Made by a program: the position numbers and the translations under genes. A model generated the notes under the pieces. The model was not told where the DNA came from, ran no database searches, and saw nothing but the letters and a program-made list of their open reading frames with translations. From a virus, in IMG/VR virus record IMGVR_UViG_3300016471_000863: 64,000 nt of DNA, one strand, 5' to 3'. This document shows positions 37,182 through 47,073 of this stretch, one piece after another (the stretch's first letter is position 1; every line of letters begins with the position of its first letter).

Positions 37182-40100
37182 TCAGAGACAATTGCTAGCA
37201 AGAGTTGCCAACTCTGATCTCTCGCCTTTGACTAGTTTTATATGACCAGCAATCTTATATGGTTTGAACTTCTCAATAGCTATAGTTAAACCATTGCTCT
37301 TGGCATCAATATACATATTGTCAATCTGATCTATATCGCCAGTAAGAACAATCTTAGTGTTCTCGCCAACACGAGTAATAATGGTCTTAAGTTCATGAGC
37401 AGTTAAGTTCTGACAATTGTGAACAACTATACCAGAATTATTTTTTGAAGCTCTCGTAGAACAAATTACAAAATTATGCAGATCTTCAACTTCTATATCA
37501 AAAACTTCTTTATTAATTCCTGGATTTAGATCAATAGCATCTACGACAGTTACTCCAGATTCTTCTTCGCAAGAATTCCATTTATAGGTTCCTGCTAAGT
37601 TTTGGTTAACAACCTTATGTGAAAAGTCTGGATGAATATAAGGCTCTATTATTGAAGATAATCTGCAATAATCTTCTTTGTCAAAGATAATATAATAGCA
37701 ATTTTTATCTTTTGATTTCGAATAATCTTTTTGATATTTTACATTCTGCATTCCTAATGAATGAAAATAATTTATAAAGTTTTTTTGACTTTCTTCGTCA
37801 AAAGAATGCGTCGAGATTCTTGCACCATTTTTATTTGGATAGACTGAGCCCTTGTCCATAAACCAGACAGCCAATCCTTTTGGATTTAATTTATTTAAAA
37901 TTTCTAAGTTACAAGTTTTTTTGTTTGAATTAAAATTAATTTTAGAACCAAATATAGGTGTTGTAAATCTAGTGGCTGGATTCTTGCTATATCCATTTTG
38001 TTTACTTTGAGAAGTGAAGCAGTTTAAAATCTCGGACTTAAATTGACAATAATTTTTCTGGCTCTTGCCATAGGCAGCTTTTAATCTATAACGATTTAAT
38101 CCATGCTGAGAAATATTTCCATCTCCGAGATATGAACCCAAAATTATTTGTTCTTGATCTTCATTCCAAGTTTTAAGAAGTTGACTTCTAGCTTTTGGCT
38201 TTGTTGTAACTAGCAAATCTCCCACTGCTAATTCTCTGGCTTTTACATAGCCTTTATCTTTGACCAAGAATGGATGATTTTCTGTGCATTCGATATTTCT
38301 ATTAGAAGATTTAATCTTTATTAAAGATTTATATCCGTTTGACCATGCATTTTTAATGTTTTTGTATACAAAGTTTTTATTTTTTTCATCGTAAGCCAAT
38401 ACTTTTGGTATTTTTTCGCCTTTATTGAATAAAGAAACTAATTTACCAATTGGCATTTTGCCATTTTCTGTATTGATATTTTGATCATATGGAAAACATT
38501 CGTCTATTATGATATAAGCATCTGCGATTGAGCGTCCACGTAGATAGCTAATAGCATCAATCTCAATTAAACCATCTTCAAAAAATCCAGTAAGAGTCAT
38601 TTCGTTTTGACGAGATTTTCTACCTGCTGTTCCGGAAAATAAAAGGTAACGTAAATTATCTTTTATTGGTGCAATCCAAGGCTCCAGCTTCTCTTCCTTG
38701 GTATTGTGAGTAACTACAAAGTTATCCATCACATATAAATGTTCTGGGTGTTCTACCGAGATGCATTGCATTTCTGTATACTTTCCAGTTCTTTTTACGC
38801 TTTCAATTCTTCGTAAGATATGATTTTTTCTCGGTTGCCATCTAATGGCTTTCCGGTCTAAAAGAAAGGGACACATATCTGAATTGTTAAAGGATATCGA
38901 TACCGTATATGAATCATGCTTATGTGGATAATGTTTGATGTTAGCCAACCCACCCAAAGAAAGAACAAGATTTTTAACTCCATTAGCTAATTCTTTTGAA
39001 ATTGTTGCAAAAGATACATCTTTGCCATCTTTTGAAACATAACCATCGGTATCCATCAAACCCTGAAGAAGCAGAAGTCTTTCTTCAACAGAGGCAAAAA
39101 GATAATTTTCTGGGATAAACTTTGTTTTAGAATTTGTGCCACGAAGCCCAAGGCGATTAATAGCTTCGGTTACCACATTGTTTTTTCTTTTCTTTTTTCC
39201 TGTATTACTTTTCATTGTAAATGAATACGAGTAACCACTTTTATGTTTTAAAACAATGTTATTTGGCATAAAGTTGTTAATATTTTCAACAATTTCTTCA
39301 TCATTAGAAGAAAACTCGTTTGCGTATTGTTGGGATACGCAACCATCACCAAGAATACAGCCCAAGACATATGGATGAATTGAAAGCTTTTCTTTTAATG
39401 GCGAATATTTGACGGGTTCTACTACGTCAATAAACAATCGGTTCCAACTTTTTTTATCCCATCCAAGTTCATCTTGTCTTTTTTCTATATCCTTTGTTTG
39501 CATAACTTTTGGTTTAGGATTACTAACAGAATACACAGACCAAGGATGATCTTCGCAGCATTCAATTGTAACGCCGTCTTCAAACGTAATTTCTAATATT
39601 TCTTTTTGTCCTTTTGGATATATATCAGAAACCCTTGTTGGTTTGCCATCTTTTGCAATAACATGGTCATTCTTTTTAATGTCTCCCATCTTCTTCCAAC
39701 CATCGGGAGTGAGAACATTAGTATAAAGTGGGACCGGTCCCGGTAAAAATCCAATGTCATTTCCAACTGGAACTATTGGACGACAGATAAACAATCTCTT
39801 ATAACGTTTCTTTTCGATAACTTGATTTAAGCCAGCGGCTAACGCAGCTATTGTTTTTCCGGTTCCTGCTTGACCTAATATCGTTGCTAATTTTATTTCA
39901 GGATCTAACAATAAATTCATTGCAAGATTCTGCTCTTTATTTCTTGGTAACAAACCATAAATTGGAGATTTAAGATCATTAATAATTTTTAGTGGCTCAT
40001 CTTGACCAAGATAACGTACAGCAAGTTCTTCATCGCTGTTTGGATCTTGAAGAAGTAAAAACTGATTTGGAGCTAACTCTTTTTTAAGCTCGGGCTCAAA

Positions 40101-40688
40101 ATCCAAATAAAATTCTCTTTTTGGATCTTCGGAACATTCCCAATATTCTTGCACATCTTCTTCTGATATATCAACATGAACAGAACCAGTATATAATTTA
40201 TCGACGTTTTCGGTTATATGTGCATTCTTATAATCTTCACATGGAATACCAAGGAAATCACATTTAACACGCAAAAGAATATCACGACTTACAAGGATAG
40301 GATCTGGTTTTCCTTGTTCACGATGTTGTTTCGTTAATCCTCTACAGACATCAAGGATATGATTATCTTTATTTGATGTATCCCAATCTTTGCTAAATTT
40401 TTCATCTTCATCAAAGACGAAATCGCTTATAGCTACAAGCCGTAGGGTGCCACCAGAAGGCAGCAGAACTCCACGCTTTAGGGCACCCTGCTCATTCTCA
40501 GAAATCATTTGCGAAAGGCGTCTAGCTACTTCACGAGCATTGGCACCAACTTCGTTTGTACGGCTTTTAATTTTATCTAATTCTTCTATTGTTGTGAATG
40601 GCAATACAATTTCATTGTCATCAAAAGCGTATAAACTATCGGGATCAGTCAATAAAACGTTTGTATCTAGGATAAGTGTCTTTACCAT
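37182..40688 (-). CDS. phoH: PIN-PhoH (PhoH2-like) ATPase with two inteins; about 462 aa spliced
   Basis: LDTNVL PIN domain, Walker A GQAGTGKT, GFLPG/TKEEK, YLRGRS, IIDE/CQN, TRVGE, LTGDIDQID, RSELA. Confidence 0.95.
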   Translation of the reverse strand: MVKTLILDTNVLLTDPDSLYAFDDNEIVLPFTTIEELDKIKSRTNEVGANAREVARRLSQMISENEQGALKRGVLLPSGGTLRLVAISDFVFDEDEKFSKDWDTSNKDNHILDVCRGLTKQHREQGKPDPILVSRDILLRVKCDFLGIPCEDYKNAHITENVDKLYTGSVHVDISEEDVQEYWECSEDPKREFYLDFEPELKKELAPNQFLLLQDPNSDEELAVRYLGQDEPLKIINDLKSPIYGLLPRNKEQNLAMNLLLDPEIKLATILGQAGTGKTIAALAAGLNQVIEKKRYKRLFICRPIVPVGNDIGFLPGPVPLYTNVLTPDGWKKMGDIKKNDHVIAKDGKPTRVSDIYPKGQKEILEITFEDGVTIECCEDHPWSVYSVSNPKPKVMQTKDIEKRQDELGWDKKSWNRLFIDVVEPVKYSPLKEKLSIHPYVLGCILGDGCVSQQYANEFSSNDEEIVENINNFMPNNIVLKHKSGYSYSFTMKSNTGKKKRKNNVVTEAINRLGLRGTNSKTKFIPENYLFASVEERLLLLQGLMDTDGYVSKDGKDVSFATISKELANGVKNLVLSLGGLANIKHYPHKHDSYTVSISFNNSDMCPFLLDRKAIRWQPRKNHILRRIESVKRTGKYTEMQCISVEHPEHLYVMDNFVVTHNTKEEKLEPWIAPIKDNLRYLLFSGTAGRKSRQNEMTLTGFFEDGLIEIDAISYLRGRSIADAYIIIDECFPYDQNINTENGKMPIGKLVSLFNKGEKIPKVLAYDEKNKNFVYKNIKNAWSNGYKSLIKIKSSNRNIECTENHPFLVKDKGYVKARELAVGDLLVTTKPKARSQLLKTWNEDQEQIILGSYLGDGNISQHGLNRYRLKAAYGKSQKNYCQFKSEILNCFTSQSKQNGYSKNPATRFTTPIFGSKINFNSNKKTCNLEILNKLNPKGLAVWFMDKGSVYPNKNGARISTHSFDEESQKNFINYFHSLGMQNVKYQKDYSKSKDKNCYYIIFDKEDYCRLSSIIEPYIHPDFSHKVVNQNLAGTYKWNSCEEESGVTVVDAIDLNPGINKEVFDIEVEDLHNFVICSTRASKNNSGIVVHNCQNLTAHELKTIITRVGENTKIVLTGDIDQIDNMYIDAKSNGLTIAIEKFKPYKIAGHIKLVKGERSELATLASNCL
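37416..38498 (-). mobile_element. Class 1 intein with LAGLIDADG-type domain, 361 aa
   Basis: Starts CFPYDQ, block B CTENH, VFDIEV, VHN/C; LGSYLGDG and VWFMDKG; inserted in Walker B DE/CQN. Confidence 0.93.
38703..39737 (-). mobile_element. Class 3 intein (Pro1, WCT triad) with LAGLIDADG endonuclease, 345 aa
   Basis: Starts PVPLYTNVLTPDGW; block B CCEDHPW; block F MQCISV; block G VTHN/T; LGCILGDG and QGLMDTDG. Confidence 0.92.
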
Positions 40689-40981
40689 TATTCAACTTTT
40701 TTCTTTTTATTAGTTTTTTTAACAGATTTCTTTTCTTTAACTACTCGTGTAGGCTGCAATTCCACAGATTCTGATTCATTATCTGAATCTTCTTTATGCG
40801 ACTCTACAGGCGTACAATCAGAAGTACGAACTTCTTCTATTGGAGGCAGCGGTTCTTCTGGTGCCGCTTGGGTATGTTCGGGAGTTGAAAGCGTATCATC
40901 GTAATGATAATCTTCTTGGCGTTTACGTTCCCTGTCTAAAAATGCAATAGCATTTGCCCTTTTAATTAATTTCCAGCCCAT
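40688..40981 (-). CDS. Hypothetical protein with acidic then Lys-rich tail (start revised to MGWKLIK)
   Basis: SD GGAG upstream of ATG 40981; TAATG-coupled to phoH. Confidence 0.55.
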   Translation of the reverse strand: MGWKLIKRANAIAFLDRERKRQEDYHYDDTLSTPEHTQAAPEEPLPPIEEVRTSDCTPVESHKEDSDNESESVELQPTRVVKEKKSVKKTNKKKKVE

Positions 40982-40994
40982 TTTATACTCCAAA

Positions 40995-41210
40995 TCAAGA
41001 ATTGGTTGACTCTTCTTTTTCAAATTCAATCATTTCTTTAATGATTTGAGTAGCTAGCTTCTTTAATGTTCTAAATTTGGTTCGTGCTCTGCGACCAGCA
41101 GCAGCGTTGCCCTTTATTAAAGCTTTGTTCATATCAAAATCAATTTGCTCAACTTCTATACGGAAGTTGGTCCAAATTTCTATGATTTCTTCAGGTGTTT
41201 TCTTTGACAT
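40995..41210 (-). CDS. Hc1 (histone H1-like) N-terminal-domain family protein
   Basis: KGNAAAGRRART..LKK resembles the Hc1 family GNKAAxxRxR signature; SD GGAG and TATAAT upstream. Confidence 0.7.
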   Translation of the reverse strand: MSKKTPEEIIEIWTNFRIEVEQIDFDMNKALIKGNAAAGRRARTKFRTLKKLATQIIKEMIEFEKEESTNS

Positions 41211-41269
41211 TAATTAACTCCAATTGTATTATAGACCCAATATCAATTTTTGTATTTAATTATAGATGT

Positions 41270-41836
41270 CTAGAATAATTGCGATATATTGTCCCAAAGA
41301 AATTTTCCAACGCCAGCACCAACTGCTAATAAAATTGCCCACCATATTTTATTTATATTTTCTTTTGTCTGGGTAATGCCCTTTAACTTGTCTAAATCTT
41401 CTCCAGCAATTCTTTTTAGCTTTTTTGTTGTCTCTTCTAGTGGATTCATTTTTTCTTCCATAGAATCCAGCTTCTTGGCAATTAAAGAAGTTCTAGCACT
41501 AACGTCCCTCAGCATATCTTCACTTCGCTTGCTGTCTGCACTAGATTCTTTAATTCTAGAATAAAGTCCATTGTCCGGATCATAAATGGCATCTTTAATT
41601 GTAGCCACTTCCCGTCTAATCTCAGGAATGTCCTCATGTACTCGATTTAAATCTGCCATTAATTTTAGTTGGCTCCATTTGATCTCTTTTAACTCATCTC
41701 TGATCTCATCAAAGCCACCATTTAAGACAGAAGCATTTTCAACTTTGGCAGAAATTTTCTTTACCAAAGCCTCTAGCTCATTTACATTCGCTTCTAACTT
41801 TTGTTCAGTTTGTTTTTTTGAATCTGAAGAAGACAT
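41270..41836 (-). CDS. Coiled-coil protein with C-terminal transmembrane helix
   Basis: Heptad-rich body, IWWAILLAVGAGVGKFLW; ATG 41836 follows SD GGGGAG. Confidence 0.6.
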   Translation of the reverse strand: MSSSDSKKQTEQKLEANVNELEALVKKISAKVENASVLNGGFDEIRDELKEIKWSQLKLMADLNRVHEDIPEIRREVATIKDAIYDPDNGLYSRIKESSADSKRSEDMLRDVSARTSLIAKKLDSMEEKMNPLEETTKKLKRIAGEDLDKLKGITQTKENINKIWWAILLAVGAGVGKFLWDNISQLF

Positions 41837-41873
41837 ATTGTTACTCCCCACCCTATCATATAAATATTAATTT

Positions 41874-43292
41874 ATGACTGCAACAACAACCTACCTAGAT
41901 AAAACAACGGCAAATTTGTTAATAAATCAATCAATTGACAATGTAAATGCAAAGTTTGAAGCAATAAAAATTGCGATGTCAAGTAATCTGGTCCCAATCG
42001 ATAAAAAAAGTTATCACTTTATTGCCGAATTATTGAATAAAGTCGAACCATCTAACAATGTCGAAATAATGTTAAATTTACTGGCTACAAATATAATTTA
42101 CCGTTCTGAAGTCATGAGTCAAAGTGCAGGGCTTGCTACCTTTGTTTATTTTTTTAATCTATATTCAAATTTGACTAAATCTTTTGGCGATAAAATTCCA
42201 AATGAAGTTGCATTGTCGGAATCTTATCAAGTTATTATTGAAGAAATAACAAACTTAATTCTTTCTGAAAACAGAATTGCCAAAGAAAAAGATTTACAAA
42301 ATTTAATAAATGAAATTTGTGGTGACAATGAAGCACTATCAGAAGCAGTATTTCAAGCGGTAATGTTAGCTGGATTAGAAGGAAAAATATTAATAGAAAA
42401 TGGAAAAGGATTCAATTTTGTGATTGAACAAAAATCTGGTTATTCTTTTAAATTAAGTCCTTTTAAATACTTTTTCGGCAGCAACAATGAATTAGCCTGG
42501 GAGCGAAGCAATTGTAAAATTCTTCTTGTAGATGGTCTTGTAGAAAAAATATCTGAAATAGACCAAATATTACAAAAGGCACATGAAACAGGACAAGCTG
42601 TGGCAATAATAGCAATGGGCTTTTCAGAAGAAGTTGTAGCTACGTTAAAGACAAATCAAGAACGAGGATTATTAGATATAATTCCTATACGTGTTAATTC
42701 CGATTTGGAAAGTCTCAATCTTGTAAACGATATATCTGTTGTTTGTGGTAAAGAAGCTGTTTCTTCGCTCAAGGGAGAGTTGTTAACCTATCAATCTTGG
42801 GAAAATTTGCCATCTATAGATAAAATAAGAGTTACGCTAAAAGAAACTCTTATAGAAAACAATGTTACAAGATTTGCTGTTTCTTCTCATATCAAATATC
42901 TTTTGGAAAAGCGACAACAACAATCTGCAATTGAAGATTTAGAAAATTTAATTGATGCAAGATTGAAAGGTCTTGTTTCTGATGCGGCAATAATAAATCT
43001 TCCCGATGTCACTACAATTGAAAATGATGCCTGTAGAGTAAAAATAGATAATTGCTTGCGAGCAGTAAAAGCTGTTTTAAATTATGGTGTAACTGATTTA
43101 AGTAAGATTGTTGTTAAGCTTGAAAAGTTAGGTACAAAAGATTTTACATCTGAAGCAATTGTTGATTCACTAAAAAAGATTTCATCTTATAAAAAAGAAC
43201 TGCCAACTTTATCTGTCATTACAACATTAAAATTGGCAGGTCCAGTTGCTTGTATGGTGCTATGTAGTGATGGTATTGTCGTTAAGCAATAA
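41874..43292 (+). CDS. Divergent GroEL/Cpn60-like chaperonin
   Basis: AGLEGKILIENG, CKILLVDG..ISEI..IL, AIIAMGFSEEVVATLKTN, DISVVCG, RLKGL, KIDNCLRAVKAVLNYGV; GDGTTT motif absent. Confidence 0.8.
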   Translation: MTATTTYLDKTTANLLINQSIDNVNAKFEAIKIAMSSNLVPIDKKSYHFIAELLNKVEPSNNVEIMLNLLATNIIYRSEVMSQSAGLATFVYFFNLYSNLTKSFGDKIPNEVALSESYQVIIEEITNLILSENRIAKEKDLQNLINEICGDNEALSEAVFQAVMLAGLEGKILIENGKGFNFVIEQKSGYSFKLSPFKYFFGSNNELAWERSNCKILLVDGLVEKISEIDQILQKAHETGQAVAIIAMGFSEEVVATLKTNQERGLLDIIPIRVNSDLESLNLVNDISVVCGKEAVSSLKGELLTYQSWENLPSIDKIRVTLKETLIENNVTRFAVSSHIKYLLEKRQQQSAIEDLENLIDARLKGLVSDAAIINLPDVTTIENDACRVKIDNCLRAVKAVLNYGVTDLSKIVVKLEKLGTKDFTSEAIVDSLKKISSYKKELPTLSVITTLKLAGPVACMVLCSDGIVVKQ

Positions 43293-45401
43293 TCATTTCT
43301 TTACTGGATCCGGCAATTTTGTTGCAAAATCGTTGATTACGGCTACTATATTTGATAGTTTTATTATTTGAGGAATCTGCTCACTTAATGATTTTTCTGG
43401 GTTTAGGTCATTACCTATTTTATTCATTAAACTTTGCAAATCAGCTAATCTTGCATTATTAGGATTTGCTAGAGTGTTTTTTATATTAGGTTCTTTAGCT
43501 AAAGAATTAATTGTATTAACTGCAATTTCAACAGTATTTATTGTTTGAATTCCTGCTTCTATAATAGAATTTTCTAATTCTTTTAATATACCTCTAGCGT
43601 AGTCGTCGTCGGCGGCACTCAGTTGTTGTATTTTTTTAAATGATTTAACCGCCAGCCCAGCATCTGCTGGACCTATGCTGAAATCAGGTTTTGCTTCTGC
43701 TCGATCAATTGCTGCTGCCGGTGAGCCTCCTCCTGGTGCTGGTGCTCCTCCTGGTGCTCCTGCTGGTGCCCCCTGTGATCCTCCTGCTGGTGCCACAGCC
43801 CCGGGTGCTCCTCCTGGTGCTCCCGGTACTGTTCCTGGTGGTGTTCCTCCTCCTGGTGCTCCCGGTACTGTTCCTGGCGCACTTGCACCGACCGCCGCTT
43901 TTGCTTCTACTCCTTTTGCAGCAGTATTAAATGAATTAACAATTGCCTGTAGATTAGCTAAACTTTCATTTAAAATTTTATTTACTTCACTATCAAATTC
44001 AACAAATTTATTTTTTTTATTTGCCCTATATGATTCTCGAAGTGTAGTTGATTCTGCTAATATTATTTCAATAATTTCTTGTTTTATTTTTGGAATAGCC
44101 GCAGTAAATTCTTGCGGTAATGTATTTTGAGTATTTGGTATTTTGAATTTTGAAAAAATAGACTTTTTTAATTTAGCCAAATTTCCTTCTGGATTTAAAT
44201 TTTCCACAGTAGAATCTAGATATGTCATTAAAGTTTTTAAAGCCTGCTTGGCTTCATCAGATGCGGCGGGTGGTAATTCATCATTGACTATGATTTTATC
44301 CTGCGGATTAGTTACACTTGCTGCCCAATCACTTAAAGTTTTAGCATCTGGGTCTTTTACTAATTCCTTTAATTTTTCAGCTATATTTTTATAAAATTCA
44401 GCAACTACTACTGCTTGACTCAATACCAGGGTATCTGTTTTAGTTGGTGCTTTCTTGACCATCGCAGCATTTAATCTGTTTCTAAAATCTTTCATTGCCG
44501 CTGTCAAAGATGGGATTTGCAATTTATTTGTAGTTGTTTGTAAATCATTTATAGTTTTTTTTACTGCTTCTACTTGAGGAGAGCGAAAAAAATCATATAA
44601 AGCTTTTGCACCTCCTGCGAGCCCGCCTGTTACGGCTCCAACTCCTGCTCCTGTTACTGTTCCTACCCCCGGAAGAACGTTTCCAGCACCGGCACCTGTT
44701 ACAGCACCTGTCACTACACCCGCAGCGGCTCCTCCTAAAACATTTTTTATGAATCCTGCTTCGTTTAGCAATTTTTCATCAGGGATTACCGCCATAGGAA
44801 CTTGTTCTATCCCACACAAGCCTTCTAAATCTTTATAGGATAATCCTAACATTTGACTTGCAATACTATGTCTATCCAACTGAGGAAGCGTAACGCCTTT
44901 ATAGAGTTTATTCAAAAAGGCTAATTCTTCTTCTGAAGGAGTAAGAGTTAATACAATTGTATCTGTAATATGCTTTGGACTATAACCAGCATCAGTAATA
45001 GAATCTAATCTTACTTCTGGTTTACTTCTTGGAACTTTAAAAGCAGGAGTTTGAAGAAGTAATTTTAAATCATTGGCAAAGAAATCAGAAAGAAGAGCAT
45101 AGATAATGCTTAATCGCTGAAAGATCTCTGAAATTTTTGAATCTGTCAATCTGCCAGATAATGCCATTTGCAAAGCATTTTCTGCATCGCTTACAATTGA
45201 AGAGATGCCAGGAATTTTATCTTTGAATGGACCAAATTTTTGATCAAATTTGAGCATAAGATTTATTAATCTTTTTACTCTTGCACGATCCATTCGTTCA
45301 GTTAAAAATACAACATTTTCACTTAGCCAATTTTGAATTTCAGCTTTTTTAGCTTCTTGTAACGCAATTTTATTTTTATTATATTCTTGTCTAAGGCTCA
45401 T
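43293..45401 (-). CDS. Large hypothetical protein with glycine-zipper segment and Pro/Gly/Ala linker (candidate head/ejection protein)
   Basis: GGAAAGVVTGAVTGAGAG..., PGTVPGAPGG repeats, several L-x-E motifs. Confidence 0.55.
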   Translation of the reverse strand: MSLRQEYNKNKIALQEAKKAEIQNWLSENVVFLTERMDRARVKRLINLMLKFDQKFGPFKDKIPGISSIVSDAENALQMALSGRLTDSKISEIFQRLSIIYALLSDFFANDLKLLLQTPAFKVPRSKPEVRLDSITDAGYSPKHITDTIVLTLTPSEEELAFLNKLYKGVTLPQLDRHSIASQMLGLSYKDLEGLCGIEQVPMAVIPDEKLLNEAGFIKNVLGGAAAGVVTGAVTGAGAGNVLPGVGTVTGAGVGAVTGGLAGGAKALYDFFRSPQVEAVKKTINDLQTTTNKLQIPSLTAAMKDFRNRLNAAMVKKAPTKTDTLVLSQAVVVAEFYKNIAEKLKELVKDPDAKTLSDWAASVTNPQDKIIVNDELPPAASDEAKQALKTLMTYLDSTVENLNPEGNLAKLKKSIFSKFKIPNTQNTLPQEFTAAIPKIKQEIIEIILAESTTLRESYRANKKNKFVEFDSEVNKILNESLANLQAIVNSFNTAAKGVEAKAAVGASAPGTVPGAPGGGTPPGTVPGAPGGAPGAVAPAGGSQGAPAGAPGGAPAPGGGSPAAAIDRAEAKPDFSIGPADAGLAVKSFKKIQQLSAADDDYARGILKELENSIIEAGIQTINTVEIAVNTINSLAKEPNIKNTLANPNNARLADLQSLMNKIGNDLNPEKSLSEQIPQIIKLSNIVAVINDFATKLPDPVKK

Positions 45402-45462
45402 TTTTTTACCATTATTGATTTACAAAGTTTCACACATTAAGTATATTACAAGTTGAGGATTT

Positions 45463-46170
45463 ATGACAATTAAAAGAGTTGGAAGTATTTCTATCGACGA
45501 ATTAATGAAACGAGATGAGGAACAAAATCGTCTTCTCGCTGAGGAGCCGCCTTCTAAAAAAGAAAAGACCAGGCTTGAAGGCGATGAATTACGTGCAGAA
45601 AAACGTAATAACAAATATTATTTGCCTGTATTGCATATTAATGATATAGCAATGTGGCCACCAAAACCTAAAAGCGAGAGAAAGCATTTTACAACTGAAG
45701 TCGCTGTAGACACTTGTACCAATCGTTGTTGTGGGGTAGATGGATTAGCAGCCGCCTGTTGCAAATTAGATCCAGACGATATCGAACACGTTCTTGGACC
45801 TCTAGACGATGAATACATAGAAAAACTTCTTAAATGGTTTCAGAAAAAAGGCATAAATTATAAAAGAAAAGACATTGTTATTGATTATGAAGAAGGAGTC
45901 CTTATTGGAAGAAAATTTTTTAACGGACATCGTGTATTTGAAGATCCTAAATCATATCCATTCTTTAGAATGCAAGTAGATGGTCCTAGATTTTCTTGTA
46001 AATTTTTAGATCCAAATAGATCGTTTTGCGTTATTTATGAACAACGTCCCGACATGTGCCGAAACTACTTATGCAACTATGTTAAGTCAAACTTTTTCAC
46101 AAAAGGCAAAGAAAAGCCTAATACTTGGATAATGATGAACAAGCCAGAAAATGAAAAAGATGAAGAATAG
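45463..46170 (+). CDS. YkgJ-like cysteine-cluster (Fe-S/Zn) protein
   Basis: CTNRCC..ACC, CKFL..CVIYEQRPDMCRNYLC. Confidence 0.75.
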   Translation: MTIKRVGSISIDELMKRDEEQNRLLAEEPPSKKEKTRLEGDELRAEKRNNKYYLPVLHINDIAMWPPKPKSERKHFTTEVAVDTCTNRCCGVDGLAAACCKLDPDDIEHVLGPLDDEYIEKLLKWFQKKGINYKRKDIVIDYEEGVLIGRKFFNGHRVFEDPKSYPFFRMQVDGPRFSCKFLDPNRSFCVIYEQRPDMCRNYLCNYVKSNFFTKGKEKPNTWIMMNKPENEKDEE

Positions 46171-46236
46171 AAAAAAAATTCATGCATCCTCCTCTGTTTT
46201 TTCATTAGCTTTAGAAAAATATCGAATAATTTCAAC

Positions 46237-46743
46237 ATGAGCACAGAAAAAGAAAATTTGTTTTGGAAACAACCTTATACAGAGGGGCATTTTTCTATAG
46301 AGCAGATTTGTGAAGAGATACGTCAAAAGCGTTCTATTCCTGCTGTAGAGTGGGAGATAGGTGTTGGTACGGATTCTCAGATTCGTGGTAATAATGTTTA
46401 TTTTACTACCGTTATTTGTCTTTATCAGAAGACAAAGGGTGGTACATATTATTATATGAATTCTGTTTTATCGAAGAAGAATTTAGGAATGGGTAACAAT
46501 CAAGTATTGAGAATGTACGAAGAGGTTCGGCGTGCGTTAGAAGTAGCTATGAAGCTAGAGGAATTGATTGGTATAAAGCCTTCTGTGCATGTTGATGCTT
46601 CAAAGCCGCACCGGAAGGTATTTACGAGCAGCATTTCTGATCAGCTAAAAGGTTATGTTGTTTCTTCTGGTTATGAGTGTGTATTAAAACCGGATTCTTA
46701 CATAGCTTCTTGCATTGCGGATAGACATTCTAAAAAAAGTTGA
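46237..46743 (+). CDS. RNase H-like YkuK-family protein
   Basis: IGVGTDSQ, R-x-x-x-EV, VHVD, KPDS..ASCIADRH. Confidence 0.8.
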   Translation: MSTEKENLFWKQPYTEGHFSIEQICEEIRQKRSIPAVEWEIGVGTDSQIRGNNVYFTTVICLYQKTKGGTYYYMNSVLSKKNLGMGNNQVLRMYEEVRRALEVAMKLEELIGIKPSVHVDASKPHRKVFTSSISDQLKGYVVSSGYECVLKPDSYIASCIADRHSKKS

Positions 46744-46773
46744 AATTATACTAATAATTCAACGAGGAAATAT

Positions 46774-47073
46774 ATGGATAGTTTAAAATTAAAGACTCAG
46801 ATTGAGAAAGAGATGCATGGTTTTGTGAACAACATAAAGGAGCATCTAGTAGATTACACGGTGCTTTATGTTCGCCGCAATATGTCACACATAGATCGTG
46901 ATCAACTAACTCAGATATTGGATGTGGTGAGAAATGGGATTGAAGATTCTTATTTTACCCAGATAGACTCTTTCATGAACAAGATGAATGTAACAATTGA
47001 GGAGAGCGTTGAGCCAGAAGCGCCAGCAAAGGGTCGCAAAACAACAAAAAACTCCGAATCAGCAAGAACCTGA
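46774..47073 (+). CDS. Hypothetical protein
   Basis: SD GAGGA, helical 99-aa ORF. Confidence 0.65.
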   Translation: MDSLKLKTQIEKEMHGFVNNIKEHLVDYTVLYVRRNMSHIDRDQLTQILDVVRNGIEDSYFTQIDSFMNKMNVTIEESVEPEAPAKGRKTTKNSESART

